Origin: Geosiphon pyriformis uo1
Lineage: Eukaryota; Fungi; Glomeromycota
NCBI GenBank assembly: GCA_016748015.1
Contig: JAAOMT010000494.1
Span: 1 to 64,000 of the forward strand
Reading direction: 5' to 3'
Length of the DNA stretch: 64,000 bases
Part shown: piece by piece, positions 1 through 14,562 of the stretch
How the letters are laid out: every line of letters begins with the position of its first letter
Numbering within the stretch: the stretch's first letter is position 1
Translations under genes and position numbers: made by a program
The notes under the pieces: model-generated
What the model saw: only the letters and a program-made list of their open reading frames with translations
Told to the model about the DNA's origin: nothing
Databases searched by the model: none

Positions 1-434
1 TTTTTTTTTTTTTCTTTTTTTTTTTTTTTCTTTTTTTGTCTTATTTTTGTGGAGTGGCAATATAGTAAAATTGACTGTCTGGGAATAGACTTTGTAATAG
101 TCTGGTAAAAGAAAGAAGCTCTCCCTAAGTTTTGGATATTAAAATTATCTTGTTAGCTTATCAAAAGGGCAAAAAAACAATGTCAGACCCTAACAACTGC
201 GCTCGTTAGCTCAGAGAAAAAAGCTTACATTTACAAAAAACATTGTAATCAACAAAAAACAAACTTTGTGCCTTATAACCAAAGAACTCAACGAGTAAAA
301 TTCACATCCAGGAATAAACCTTTAGAGACTGATAATTAAGACTAAGCCAACAGAATTACACAGAAGACACATCATCAATAATTGAGAGCACCAAACGTTA
401 CTATTCCTCATATCCACCAAGTTTATCTGTAACA
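1..434 (+). mobile_element. 3' part of an LTR (related LTR family) inserted into the RNase H of Gypsy copy A
   Basis: A T-rich tract followed by CTGGTAAAAGA matches the U5 layout of the main LTR family. It ends ATCTGTAACA at 434, like the other LTRs. No PBS follows, and Gypsy RNase H sequence (minus strand) abuts at 435. Confidence 0.6.
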
Positions 435-2059
435 CTGTCCAGTAAATAGCTAAGTGTTCTAGTGTTGATGTTTCATAGTTCTTTTTTGCTGGGCTCAAAC
501 TTTAGCTGGCATATGCTACTGGATGTTCTCTTTCGTCTGGTCTCCTCTGTGATAGTATTTCTTCTAATGCTTAACTTGACACATTGGTCATAATTATGAA
601 TGGTTTGCTATGATCTGGATAGATTAGTACTGGGGCTTGGATGAGCTTTCTTCTTAATGTATTAAAAACTTCTTGCTGAATTTTTGTCCATTCATATTTG
701 GTGTTCTTTGTTTAAAGCTAGTGCAGTAGTTGAGCTATTTTGGAAAAGTCTTTAATAAAGCAGTAGTAGTATCTGGCAAATCCCAAAAATGCTCTTAATT
801 CAGTTAAGTTGTTTGGTACTGGAAAGTTTTTGACTACTTCAATTTTGTCTGGATCTGTTTTAATACCATTTTTGCTTACAACATGTCCCAAAAACTTGAG
901 TTCCATTTTTCCAAAGAAATATTTGGTTACATTTAGTTTTAATTCAGCTCTTTTTAGTCTTTCAAACACTTGTTGAAGATAATGCAAATAATCATTGAAT
1001 GTTTTTGAGAACACATTGGTATTGTCTAAGTATATGACTACTAACTTCCACAATAGTCTGGTGTAAACAATTTTTATTAGCTGTTGGAACATGGCTGGTG
1101 CATTCATTAATTCAAATGGCATAACTTCAAACTCAAAGTTTCCTTCTTTTGTGGTAAATGCTGTTTTTTCTTTGTCAGCTGGATCCATGGCTACTTGTCT
1201 GTAACCACTATCTAGATCCAATGTTGAGAACCATTTATTTTTACTAAAAGCATCAAATAATTCCTGGATCTGTGAAGTTAAATAACTGTCTCCACAAGTA
1301 ATACTGTTAAGTTTTCTATAATCTACACAAAAGTGGATCTTCTCATTTTTCTTCTAGACTAGTACTACTGGTAACAATTATGGACTTATTGATAGTTGAA
1401 TTAACCCATTGTCCAGCATTTGGTTGATTTCTTAATGAATGATCTCATGGCTGGTGAATGGTACTCTGTATGCTCTTTGTTTGATTGGCATTGCATCTCC
1501 AGTCTTAATTTAATGCTGGATTATATTGGTGTGGCCAAATTCATTTTTACTAGCAAAAATGTTATTGAAATTTCTGAGTAACATTTTTAGTTGCATTTGT
1601 TGGAATGGGTCTAGATTCCCTATGTTTATTTGTTCCAATTGTTCTGGTTGAAGCAGATAACATTCACTTTGTCCATAAATGGTTTGCAATATGACATCTA
1701 CATATTCACAAAGCTGTAGAAAATCTGGAATGTAGTTTGATGGTTGATTCTTAACTTTAGTAATTAAATATTCAATGATAATTTTTTTTGGTATCTCAAT
1801 GACACTTCCAGTTGTGTTGTAGATGGGAATTTTAATGTTTTTGGGGCTTTTGGCTGGTATGTAAAAATTAGTAAGTCCAATCTCTTTTGATTTACAAATG
1901 GTGGCTTCTGTTTCAAACAACTAAGCTTGATCTTTTACTTCTCTTTTTATTGCTAACATGTATTGGTCATATGATGGAATAGAAATTGCTTGATGGATGG
2001 AGATAATTTTTTCCTTGTCAATAACTTATTTTTCTACTATATTAACTGGTACATCTATT

Positions 2060-2455
2060 TTACCCATTGATCCAAATTCCTGTATCCCTCTTGCTGTTAT
2101 TCTTAACTCTTCCCTGTTTTCCACTGATATTAGCTGAGCTATTTTAACCAGAGACAGGAATATTGCCTGTGCTATTTTTTTGTTTGGCTCTATTATATAG
2201 GCCTTTTCTGAATCATTTTGTAATATTGCAATAATATTTTCTACATATTCTGCATCAATTATTTTTCCTCTGATATTTATTCCTCTTTTTGCTAGGCTAT
2301 TTCTAAATACTAGTTGAACCATGGTAGTCATTGGAATTTCCAGTGCTATTTTGAGATTAATGCATGTGTGTAAATATGGTTTTAATTTTATGGCTTCTTT
2401 TCCTGGATATTTCAAATCAAACCTTGCATCAGTATTATGCACATATTTTGGCATG
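2060..2455 (-). pseudogene. retroelement-encoded dUTPase (copy A)
   Basis: Decayed trimeric dUTPase motifs: DARFDL, FRNSLAK, KIIDAEYVENI, KIAQAIF, ARGIQEFGSMG. Confidence 0.85.
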
Positions 2456-5400
2456 ATATCTTCATTATTATTGCTGAACCATTTTAGTTCCTGCTCTTTT
2501 TTAAGGTCAGGGAGCACAATATATTATTCAAAGTTTGAATCAGAGTTTGAATTAGAGTTGAAATCATTGTCATTGCAGCCATATTGGATTGAGCTGGAAC
2601 CATTGTTTTTGTTGTCATTGTTGTCAGAGTTTGAATTAAAATTGAAAGTTGATCCCAATTCCAATGTGCAGCAACTAATTAGTTTTTCTTCTTCTGAGAT
2701 CATGTATATCATATGTGGTGGCAGATTATAAATAAGGTTACACTCATTACAATATTGAAAGTCACATGGAATTAGACAGTGTTAACACAGTTGGATGTTT
2801 AACTGCTCTAAGCATTGTTTTTGTTTTTCTCTTGTCGGTGCTAATTCTTGGTAGTTTTTGTGGAATTGCTTTGAATCTAGAAGATTTATGACTGGTTTTG
2901 GGTCTCAGTTAAGTTCTATAGGTTTTGGTGGGTTATTTTTGATCATCTTTATTTTTTCTGGTAATATTTCTTCAATTTTGGTAAGAGCCATTCGCCAAAT
3001 TTTGTTATTATTGTGTGGACATCCATCTAAGTGTTTAACTGCTTGTCTTCAGGCAGCATTTATGGACATTCTTTTTCTTATTCAATCACTTATAAAAATC
3101 ATATATTGACACAATTTATCCCATGTTCTTCCTCTTCCAGAAATGTCATTCCACATTCCTTTGTCGAGAAGAGTTTCTCCACAAGCCAGACATGGCTTAT
3201 TATCCCATTTTCCATCTTGTCTTGGTCTTCCAAAGCATTTAACGAGACATGGGCAGTAATAGAACTTTGTTGCCATTTGGTATTTCTCATTGTTGCCACA
3301 GCATGTGCCCATTGATAACAATTTTTTGCCACAATTGATGCATATCAGTTTTAAGCAGTAATAGTTAAGTAGTTGTGGTGAGGTATATGTGTATGGGATA
3401 TAAGTAGTGTTGGTTGCTATTGGTTCTTCTTCCTTCTTCTTTCTTTTTTTTTTGCTATTCTCCTCTCATTTTCAAGTTGGGGTTGGTTTAGTATTGTTGT
3501 TGTCAGCTTCTCATGTTTGGTCAATATCTCAGGTAAGTTCTTCTTTCTGTTTTCTCTTTTCCTTATTGTCCCAGGATAGTATTGATGGCAGTTCATTGTG
3601 GTTATTGTTGGCTTATGAGACTTGATATGCTTCCCACATTGGTTTGGTTTCTCTTCCTTGACATCAATTAGTGGTGTTGGCATGATATTGCTGGGTTTGA
3701 AGTGGCCATATGTTGCTGGTACTCATGTGTATTGGCTATTCTGATTTATTTACAACTCTTAGGTAATCCAGTCAAACATTGCATTGGTTTTGGATAGCCA
3801 GTCATTACCAACTAAAGCTTGGTATTGGGTGGCTTTCATTACCAGAACTTTGATTGGTATTATGATGCTGTCAATTTCTATGGGAAGGTTATCTATTTCA
3901 CCAATTGGAGTCTTGGTGACTCTATCAGCTATAATTATCTTTGCATTGGCAGCTCAATCAATTTGGTGACCTAATTGGTTCATGAGCTGTCTTGTAATAA
4001 TGCTGCCAGCTAATCCACTGTCTAAGATTAGTTTGATGAAATGACCATCAATTTTAGTATTAGTATACATGGTGATAATTGGTTTTTCTTTAAGTGCAGC
4101 TCCACTAAACAACAGCATAGATAACAGTTCTTCTAATTTAAATAGAAAGATAGCTGTGAGTAATTCGTTGTTGATAACAGTGGCTGGTAAGATATTGCTG
4201 GTAAAAGATTTCTGGTTTGTTTCCAAATTGTTGAATAAGACGTCTTCTGGAGTAACTAAGAAACTTAAATAGTTTTGGGAACTTGGATTTTGATTATAAC
4301 TGGTTCCTGAACTTTACTAGCGTAATCCTAAAGATTGGTTGGATGAACTGGGGATCAGTTGGTAAATTACCATCACTAATTTCCAGCTTTGTTGTGTCAT
4401 TCTCGGCCTGTGGGTTCTATTTTGAGGTAAGTTTTGAGATAGTGTTTGAATTTGTTGGGATTAATAGATTATTGGTGGCTGTGATTAATATATTACTTAT
4501 GGCTGTGGCTAATAAATTGGAGCTTAATATACTGATAGTTGATAGATTGACTGCTGTGTTATTGACAAGTAAGTAAGTTGATATGGATCTTAATTTGGGT
4601 AATGGTTTGGGGTCTGAAATCTGCGATCAGGGTTTCTGTATTGATTTCTCAATTGTGAGTTGCTATAAGAATGGCAGTTGACTCGGATATGACCTTGTTT
4701 ACCACAGTTGTGGCAAATATGTGTCTTAGGCTGTTACAGCTGATTTGATAATGGTAGTAAATGTAACTGATTTTGGAAATGAGTCGCATTTTCTAAATTA
4801 TTGCATCATTGTGGTGGCTGATAAATTGTGTGATTGTCAGCTAAGTATTCCTCTAATTTCTGATTGATTAAATCACCAAATTGCTTCAATTTGGAATCCA
4901 ATTCAGATGATCTGTTCATTACTAGATTAACAGTTTAGACATAGTTAGCTTTGAGTTTGACAGTTTCAAAGTCTCTGATGCTGTTGACTGTGGCTTGAAG
5001 ATCTGCTGAGTGTAATGGACATATATGTTGAAGAATGCTATTGTGCAATCTTCTAATAAATTGATTCAAAATTTGTGGTGTTGTAAAATAGTCAGCTTGA
5101 ATTGTTTGAATTTGGCACAGGTTTCTGTGAAAGTGTTCTAAGTATGTGGTAATGGCTTTAGCTTTTCTTTGTTTAATAGTGGTAAAGATATTGGCTAATC
5201 AATTGATGCTATTGTTATTGCTAAAGTATCTTAAAAACTCTGTTTTGAATGCATTAAAGATGACAGGCTTGTTAATTAAGCTTTAATACTATGAGTCAGT
5301 GGTATCTTGGAAAAAGTATGGGATGGCTTGTATGGCTCTGTCATTATTCTATCCATTGGCTGCAATGGCTTTTTCCATATTATTTAGCCACACTTAGGCA

Positions 5401-6477
5401 TCATCTTTTTCACCAGTAAATTTTTCAAGTTTCACAATTGGTGCATATGCCATTGGGTCTAAGTTGGGTTGTTGTGATGGTTGAAGTAGTTGTTGTAATG
5501 ATTGCTGTAGTGGTATGTATTGTTGTTGAATTGGTTCAACTGGTGGTTGATCAATGACAATTACTGGAAATAAGTTTTGCTGATTAATTAATCCAGAGTT
5601 TGGATTGTCCTGATTTAGTGGTGCTTGAATATTCAGAGTTCTGATTTCTGGACTTTTTAAGTTTAGATTTTGCTGAGTTTGAAGGTTTGGGGTTTCAACT
5701 TTCAGGTTTTTGGGAATTAGGTTCTGGTAAGTAAATTCTTGATTTTTAAATTCTTCTTTCTCTTTTTCCTGTTTTTCTTCTGATTCCATTATTTCCCAAG
5801 GACTTGCAGTTCCAAAATCTGGTTGGAGTGGTAGAGATTAAAGTCCTAATGGCATTGGTGGTTATGACTTAAATCCTTCAAAATATGTGCCATATGGTCC
5901 TAAAAAATCTTTTTTCTTTTGTTTACTCTAAAATGGAAATCATCCAAATGTTAATATTGTGGTTGATGTGAATACACCTGTTGATGTGATATTAATGGTG
6001 CTTCCTAGTGTATAGTGGTATGATGGATTTGTTGGTGATTCTATTTTTGTTTTCTTCCAAGTTGGTAGTTGTATTTCTTTAGGTGTTACTGCTGGTATTT
6101 GTAACCTTCCTTTGCCTTTGTCTATGTAGGTAATAGGAAATTGTTGTTAAGTGTATCTTTTAATGATTTGGTTAATTTCCTTAATGATTAATGCAAAGCT
6201 GTGGTTTCTTGGTAAGCTGGTGTGTTGAAATAATTCTGTATAAAAGTTTTTTCTTGCTGATTTGATGTTAATTGTTTCTCCTAAGTAGTCTGTGATTTTA
6301 TTATTAACATAGAAATTAAAGGCTAATTCTACTGGGAAATAGTTATTGTTTAATCCTAATTGTTAGCTGTACTGTTAAAACAAAAATTTGGTGAATCTTA
6401 GATGGTTTGCTCCTATGTTTTCTGGTTCTGCCACTTTTGTATGATTGCTGTTGGTGCTGGTTCTCTGTAAGATTATA

Positions 6478-6494
6478 CCTCACAGGGAGCACCA
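6478..6494 (-). promoter_or_regulatory. tRNA primer-binding site TGGTGCTCCCTGTGAGG
   Basis: Starts with TGG 2 nt after the LTR end. The same motif follows the LTRs ending at 42746, 45043 and 61610. The primer tRNA would end ...CCUCACAGGGAGCACCA; its identity is not determinable here (Met-e, Ile-UAU or Thr-like). Confidence 0.85.
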
Positions 6495-6496
6495 AA

Positions 6497-7302
6497 TGTT
6501 ACAGGTGTTTATTGGTGTCTTTGGCAAATAACAAATCTGTAACTTGGTGCTTAATTAATGACATTAATTACTGAAGGTATTTTGTATCTGAAGGGTTTTG
6601 TTGAGTTCTTTGTATAATGAACAGAGATTCAATAGTGGTTTTCAGTAGCCTCCTAGAATCATAATTCTGTCAATTCTTTTTTCAGCTTGGTGGCCAGCAA
6701 TCCTTTGATAAGTAATCCATAATTCTTTACATGTTCTACTCACTTGCAAGGGTCTTTTACCAGACAATCCTTGATGTCAATAATTCAGCACTTAATCCTT
6801 AATCAATTTAGTAAACACAACAAAAGAAAAGAAGAAAAATAAAAAAAATAAAGAAAAGAGATAAGCCAAAATATTTGCAAGTTAGTATTCTATCAATAGC
6901 CATGATCAAGAGCTATTGTTCCAGTGTGGTTAAGTATAAATTACTATCAACATGAAGTATTGATAATGAACAGTGGATTGAGATAATGAATAATTATTTA
7001 TTAATATTTGTAATGTGGAAGATTGCTTAGATCAAATCTAAACTAAGAGATCTGTTTTTTTTACTTCTAATGTTACTACTATATATACATAATTAAAATT
7101 TCTTAATTTCTCAATTCTTTATACCAGGAATCTTGCAATTCCTGGAATCCTGCAATTTCTTTTGAGAAAAATTCTAGAATTCTGGAATCCTGCAATTCTT
7201 CTTGAGAGGAATTCTGGAATTCTGGAATTCCATATTTACTACAGCTACTTTTGATTGGCTAATTTTATATGCTAATATACTTCCTATATTTTATGAGTAA
7301 TA
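6497..7302 (-). repeat. 5' LTR of Gypsy copy A
   Basis: On the minus strand it begins TATTACTCAT (decayed TGTTACTCAT) and ends CCTGTAACA. It has CAGGA(A)TT repeats and a TATGTATATATAG TATA-like motif. Confidence 0.9.
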
Positions 7303-9374
7303 ATATAAAGCATTAACCAAAATTAGTTAAAAAAACCAAAAAAATAAAACATATTTATATTATTAGTACTATTTGCTTATTAAACAATAAAACAAAATAT
7401 TATTTAAGTAACATTATTTAAACTAATATATAGCAAAATAGTAATATTATCAAAAAAAAATTAGTAATATATTAAACAAAATCAATAACAGAAAACATAT
7501 TCTAAATAATACTATTAAGACAAACATATAATCTAATAAAAATCTTGAAAAACAAAAAAAGAAAAGCAGCTAACTGTATTAAAAAGTTACAAAAAAAACA
7601 AAAAAGAGATATAATATTTGGTTATTAAACAAATTAACTAAATTTAAGATTAAAGTCAAAGTATTTTTACATCATATAAAAATAAAAAAAACAATAAAAT
7701 AAAAAATTTTACTCAAAGTAAAATGAATTATTTTACATTAAAGAAATACTAAAAAATAGATCATACAGACTAAAACTAAAAAACAAAATTTTAATTAAAA
7801 CAATACATAAAAATTGATTAAAATTATATCATAGTATAATATTAACAAGTTCTAGTACATTATAATTAAAAGCATAAAAAATATTAGTTAAACCAAATAA
7901 AATTCCATAAATTTAAAACTAATTATTATTATTAAAGCCAATATATTATAAAATTAAAAATTGTTATAAATATAACCAAAACACATAATAAATAAAGTAA
8001 AAAATATAAATAATAAACGAAATACATGCAATAATACAATAATTATTTTAAATATTAAAAATTAAAAACTTAAACATAAAAATAACAATTAGCAGACAAA
8101 AAATTTGTTATAAAAATACTCAAAAAAACAAAACAATTAACAAAACTCTATAAAATAAAACTTAAAAACAAAAAAATAACTACATAGAAAAACTTGTTAA
8201 AAAAGTAAAAAAAACTTTTAGAAATTTAGTAACAAATATTTAATTAAGAGAGTTAATAAAAAAAAACTGAGAAAATTAAAAAAAAAGTTTTTAATAGCAT
8301 ATTGCTATTATTACTTAAGATAATAGCTAAATATTTAAACATTATATATTTATAATTTCAAATAAGTGTTTAACAAAAAAATAGTACAACAAATAAAACA
8401 TTTTATTAAAAAAAACAACTTAATAACCTATTTAAAAGCAATTTACTAATTATATACAATCTTTGTAAATATAATAAAATACTATTACACTTAATTATAG
8501 AAAACTTAACAATAAATTAATTAAAAAATTGACCAACTTTCAATTTAAAAAGCTAAAAATAAAAGTTTTTAAGACCATAATAGAAAAAAAATATGTGAAT
8601 TTATTTAAAAAAAAATTTAAAAAATTTTGCAAAAGCTCAATAAAAAAAAGAAAAAATAATATTACTTGTAAAAAAAAACATAAAAAATAATAATAATATA
8701 AATAGTTAATAACAAATAAAAAATTATTAGAATATATGATATTAGAAATTTCAATAATTTTAGAAATACTGATAAAATACCAAAAATTTTATTAATAACT
8801 CAAAAAAATTATAAAAATTTCAAAAATCTTGTATTATAAAAATTTATGTATATATAACAGAAGTAATAAAAGTCAAAAAAACATTAATTTATTAATTAAT
8901 TATTTAAACAAAACAACAAATAAGCTTACTTTAAAATTAATATAATCATTTCTATTTCTATTAACAATTATAAATTAATCAAACTATTTAATAAAATTTT
9001 TATTTTATTTATTAATTAATAAATTTAAATTCATTATATTAAAATTTATATTATTATAATAATAATATTATTATGATTTATAATAATTACTTAATTATAT
9101 TAAAACAAAAATTCTTGATTATAGTTATTGATAAAATACTAATTATTGATTTATTATTTTATTAATTATACTTATTTTGAATTACTAATTATTTATAAAA
9201 AAAACATTAAAATTATAACATTAAAATTGTTTAAAAAAATATTAAAAAAGAGTGTAAACATAGTTAAAAAACTAGAATTGCTTATTAAAAAAATATAAAC
9301 ACCAGAATAAATCAATTACCAAACCAAAAAAAATTATTAAAGATATAATTAACTATTATTTAGTAAATTTTTGT
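7303..9374. repeat. extremely AT-rich relic of transposons (LINE-like residue, then LTR-like residue from about 8660)
   Basis: Almost no C/G. Residual LTR motif TTATGTATATATAACAG near 8845. Weak residual similarity to the LINE 3' ORF. Confidence 0.55.
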
Positions 9375-9617
9375 TGTTACTAATAGAAATTTAATTATTA
9401 ATTAGCATAAAATTACCTTTATAATTCCTATTATTAATTAACATATATTATCATTATTTTAATTATTACTTATTATTTAATCAAAACTATTAAATATTAT
9501 TATTCAATTAATAATTTAATTTGTATAATAAAAATTAGAATAATTAGATTAAATAATACTTTGAATTATATAATATTTAAGAATTTGCCAAAATTTGCCA
9601 AAATTTATTAAAATAAT
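9375..9617 (+). mobile_element. fragment of family-2 LTR
   Basis: The reverse complement aligns by eye with 42220-42455 and 30000-30230. Begins TGTTACT. Confidence 0.75.
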
Positions 9618-9619
9618 AG

Positions 9620-10155
9620 ATAGTTTACTAAAATGGTTTAAGAAGACTTCTGCTGTTAATGCAGCTATGTTTTTTGATAAGTTTGTTGTTTCTAAGAAGT
9701 TTTCCAATTTGAATGTTTTATAGGATATTATCTGGAAAGTAGTGATCTTTTTAGTTTATAAAATGTTTAAGAAGAAATAGTTTAAAAACTTCAATAGTAT
9801 ATACACCAAGGAATCTTCTAAGTTTTACAGACTAGAAATTTTAGTGTCAAAAATTGTCAAGCTTTTTTGTATAAGTTTTGATAGTGAGTTTGCTTCTTTG
9901 ATGGATTACTGGATTTTTTTGGATAATGATAAAACTTCAATTATTCGGATTTTTTTAGATGTTGATATTAGTTTTAATTGTGTGTGTTCTTTTTTTTTCA
10001 GCATAAAGAAGTTGTATTGTGTTAGCAAACTTATCAAATTTCTAAGGACTAAAAAATTAAGCATTTGACTTGTTATAAATAAAAAAATAGAAAATTTTAA
10101 GATAAACAAGGGTTATACTATCAAAAATATTTTGGAGTAATCTTTCTGCAAAGTA
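9620..10155 (+). mobile_element. LINE ORF2 fragment (endonuclease-RT linker)
   Basis: Translates like the 40394-40841 and 10965-11285 segments (KESSKFYRLEILVSKIVK...WIFLDNDKTSII). Confidence 0.8.
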
Positions 10156-13100
10156 AGCCATCATAAATAATGTATTCATTAGTGAGCCCAAAATCTATTA
10201 TTACATAAACCTCTTATTATATATGGCCTTAAAAAACTTAATAAAATGGAGACACATTTTAATTTTAACTAAACTGTTTTTTAAATAAAACCAATCAACC
10301 AAATTCTATGTTTTGCACATATTTTACAGAACCAATCATAGTTTATGGCCCTTTTCCAATGTATTTTCAACAACAGAGCTAACAGCAAAAATAAAAAATT
10401 GAGTAGATATGTCTTTTAATACTAAAAAATTATTATTATGTAAAACATTAAACCTACTACAAGCAAAGAAGATCCTATTCAAAAGAATTTTGGACAAATT
10501 TTACAGGTTGTTTCAATTAAGGCTATCAGTCTGGTGTTTGTCAAAGTTCCTTTTTAATCATATAATTTTGGTATTATAGAAATCTAGGCTCTTTTCTATT
10601 GTTTAAAAACAGTATTCAACACTAAGCATTCATTTAAAATATCTAACAAACCACCTAGAATCTGCTCATTACTATTATTTTAGAGCTTATTTGAGATACC
10701 AGATAGACCAGCAGCTTTCTTATTAGGCAAATTCTTAATAACCTGCAAAAACTTATCAAACTTGATTTTGTACATAATATTCGAAAAGACCTTATTATCA
10801 ATATGACTTAGAAAAATGTATTGATTAAGCCAATAATTAGACAAAATATTTGGCACTGTGTATTTTTTTGTCTATTTTTCTATAATAATGTCAATTGAGG
10901 ATTTGACTATCTGTAACTCTAAAACCAACTTATTATCAACCACTAAGTGATCAAGAACCATCTTTTAAAATAGCCAATTCAAGACATTTCTGATTATTTT
11001 ACTCTTGTCAAAACAAAAATTTTTTATATGTTTATTTATAGATTTTCTAATGAGATTATCTCTGGCAGACTTGGATTTATAATACTTTGATTTGTAATAT
11101 TTTTTCTTAATACTTGACAAATAACACAAGATTTTTTCAGAATCAACATTAGTACTAAACATAGCATGAACTTTGATAGCTTTCTTTTCATCAATGACAA
11201 TCGAGGTATTGATAAGATAACCAGTCTTTAAATCTTGATTTGATCTAATACACTTTATAAGTTTGGCTACTAACAATTCTAACATAAAAAACTTTAAAGA
11301 TTAGATAATTTTCAAACTGTTGAACTCAGAAAACTATAGTTTGAAGAACATCTTATTAACAGAGCATACTACTATTTTTTTAAAAATCTTCTATATCAAA
11401 TCCAAGTTACTATCATTTTTAATACTATTGAAATCTACCAATTTTTCCAAAAACAAATCCAATAAACACTCTCTAAAACACAACTATTTGCTAATATTGG
11501 CATCTTTGATCCTGAATTTTTATCTATCTTTATTGGTCTGTTTGCATATATTGTTAAGTTGAATGTCTAAAAGACTATTTAGACCAAGTACAATTGAAAC
11601 TACTTTGTAATTAGTGTTAAAAAACTCAGATGCAGAATTAATTTTGTGATTAGCAATAGTAGAAGCCAAATTTTGGCTCACAAAAATGAAATTAATGATC
11701 TTTTCAGCACCTCTGGAGTTGTTCCAAGTAAGAATCTTAACCAAAAAATGTCTTAGAAATGAATTAACTAATCTTAAATTCACACAAAACTTGAAACTTG
11801 CACTTTTTTTTGTACTATCCTTATTAAAATCTTCATCCAATATTATAAAAATGCTAAAATTGACTGCTTTGGTAATGAAAAAATTGATAGCCAATACTTA
11901 ACCAAATTTTGCTTTGGCAAAAGTACCAGCATATAAATCTAAAACCATAACTGACAATTTTTCTTTAAACAAAAGTTTAACCAAAATAATTCTACCAAGA
12001 ATTTTTTCTACTTTAGACATATGCCAAACTAAAAAATTGTTCACAATAATGACCATTCTAGCACCAAGAAAACTTTTATCCAAATCAGATGTGAAGATCT
12101 TAATCTCATCAAATTTGTTCATAATTTATAGCCTAATACTAAATCTTAATTTTATTTCAGTAATAATTGATATTATGTTATCTGAATTCACATGTCAATA
12201 TATAATATCTTCTTGCTTGGCTGGAATATTGATGCCATAAATGTTGTATGTAGCAATTTTCCAAACTAAATCACTCATAAAGATGAAAATTGCACCAAAG
12301 AATCTAAGCCAGTACACAAATAATCTAACTTTGCCAACACAAAACAAATAGAAATCTTAAAAGCCACTAATTTTGACTTTAACTGTTTATCTTAGTGGTC
12401 AGAATCTTCAAACTACTTAAGCCCAAAGCAGAATTAGATTCTAATACAGTTAAAAAAAAGATTGTAAAGAGTTTTAGCTCAGCATCCAAAACCATATCCA
12501 AGTTCAAATTTGAATCCAAAAGCACAATTACAGTGGAAGAAGAAGATCAGAAAACAGATACCAAAAGCACCAGATTAATTATATTTATCTTTCTCATAAT
12601 ACTTAAAACTTGATCAGCCAAAAGCTTTAAAGACCACTCCAGAAATGCCAGACAATTATCAATTGAAAAACCATTCTAAATAATCAGTATGTGATCTTTT
12701 TTACTTAAAGCACCAGAAGAAGGGAAGCCAAAACCAGAACTAAAACAAAAGCTACCAAAAAAAAGAAAAGCAAATAAGACCACTTGCACCTAAGATTTGC
12801 TATCAAAGACAATTGGATGAAAAATCAGAATACTTTTTTTGACATACAACTTGGCAAGCTAAAAACAGTTCTTTTCTAAAACAAATCTTTTATAAGGTTT
12901 TGAAAAAGACAGAACTAATGCATCTGATCCATCATATTTAAGAGCAGAATGTTCAAAATACCTATACTTTCCACAATAAACCAAATCAAATCTAGCTCAA
13001 GAAAGTTTAATTCTACCAAGAATTGGCTCTATACAAAAAGCAGATTCAAGTTCCTCTTCAGATTTAAAGCTGATCATAACACAATAGACCCTATTACTAG

Positions 13101-14170
13101 ATTTAAATAAACAATTGATAATACAAGTTTTTTTACCAGCTTTTTCCAAAAAAGTGCCCAGATTATAAGCTGTGGTTTCTACTAATAAAGTAAACAAAAG
13201 TGCCTTAAACTGATTTCTTAATGTCCAGATATTATAATCTCTTATGGTTTTAAGTACACACACAAAGTCTTTTTCGATTAAAAATAACCATCTTGTGGCC
13301 AACAAATTAGCCTAACTTAATTTAGTAAATTCTATTATAGTTTTCTGTTATAGTCTAATAAGTTATAATTGAATTGACACTACTTAATTAAACTCAAACA
13401 GAATGACAATGATTATTTCTTTTGGTATATCCATAAAAATTTTTTTAATTACTATGGTCTGATCTAAATGAATTTTTTGTCTTTTGAGATCATTGTTTAT
13501 GATAATTTTTCTCTTTCTGACCAATAATGCAGTTTTTTTCATGCTTTCTTTTGAAGTAAAAGTAGATCAAATGATTCTTTCAAATTTTAAGGAGATAGTA
13601 GCCCCCTCAAAACCATTAACAACTGAAAAAATTTTTTTAATTACTTGTGTTTTTACTGTTACTGATTTGTTTTTCACTGCCAAAAAATTGATGTCCAAAG
13701 CAAATAACTTTTTAATAGCAACTTTCAACTGAGTTTTAACAATTTTAGAATCAATCTATTTTTTATTCAAAGAGATTAGGAGGCAGAAAGAAAAAAAATC
13801 CTCTTCATTATCATTTATATTAATGTTAGAAGAACTGAGTGGAGAACCAAAAACAGCACTAGTGTTAACATGCTTTACTTTGAAAGTAGTAGCAGCCAAA
13901 CCCAGCAAAAGCACACCAAGAACACCAGATATGCCAACATTCTTATTATTACCAAACAAACTGTTTATGTCAGAGTACACACTATTGTCAGACCCAGACT
14001 TAATCAAAGACACTTTTAAGAGTCTTTTTTTTAGACATGTTGTCACTCAAAGCAGTCTCCAACTTCACAAAAAAAGAATTATTAGGTAAAGAAATGTTGA
14101 TGTGTAAACTAAAAAACAAAAAACTTCTTTTTCAAAAACGCGCTCTTTGGGGAATTTTGGGTGAAGAAAA
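10156..14170 (-). mobile_element. LINE (non-LTR) 5' half: 5' UTR, ORF1, APE endonuclease, N-terminal RT; degenerate
   Basis: ORF1 ATG near 14038 with a decayed CCHC knuckle near 12930-12985. ORF2 ATG at 12278 reads MSDLVWKIATYNIYGINIPAKQEDII (APE N-terminus), followed by LDEDFN and INFIFVS. RT motif KNLPNKKAAG near 10720. Confidence 0.9.
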
Positions 14171-14562
14171 AAAAGTTTTTGTTTTTTTTTAAAGTTTAAT
14201 ATAATATTATTTAAGATAAGATAAAAAATAAATAATAAAATACATTTGAGAAACTGATTATAATTAAACTGCTGAAAAAATACAATATATTATTATTATT
14301 ATGATTCTAATTAAAGCTTTATTCAAAGATAAAAAATTGGTTTTAATTAATAAAGCCAATATTTTATTATTTTATTATTCAAAACTATCTAATTTAGAGA
14401 AAAATCAAATTAATTATTTTTTATACATGTAAACATGCTTTAAGAATCCAGCGACTAATGATCGACCCAAATGTAGCGTAATAAATGAGAAGTCACGTGA
14501 TAAGATCCATGTTTTATTATAAGCGAATTTGTTCTTAATTGATAACTTTATAGAGATTTGAA

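Larger units (their letters stand above)
435..7302 (-). mobile_element. Ty3/Gypsy LTR retrotransposon copy A (5' LTR, gag, protease, Cys-rich domain, dUTPase, RT, part of RNase H), degenerate
   Basis: ORF fragments: gag (5394-5789), protease LILDSG (3954-4226), dUTPase (2026-2517), RT LDLDSGY/KTAF/YLDN (718-1221). Collinear with 44190-54402. Many TAA/TAG/TGA stops at Gln/Trp/Arg positions. Confidence 0.95.

Noticed and set aside
1-40. Poly-T read as a LINE poly-A tail
   Set aside because: The downstream sequence matches LTR U5 organisation and ends in TGTAACA, so it is better explained as the T-rich tract of an LTR.
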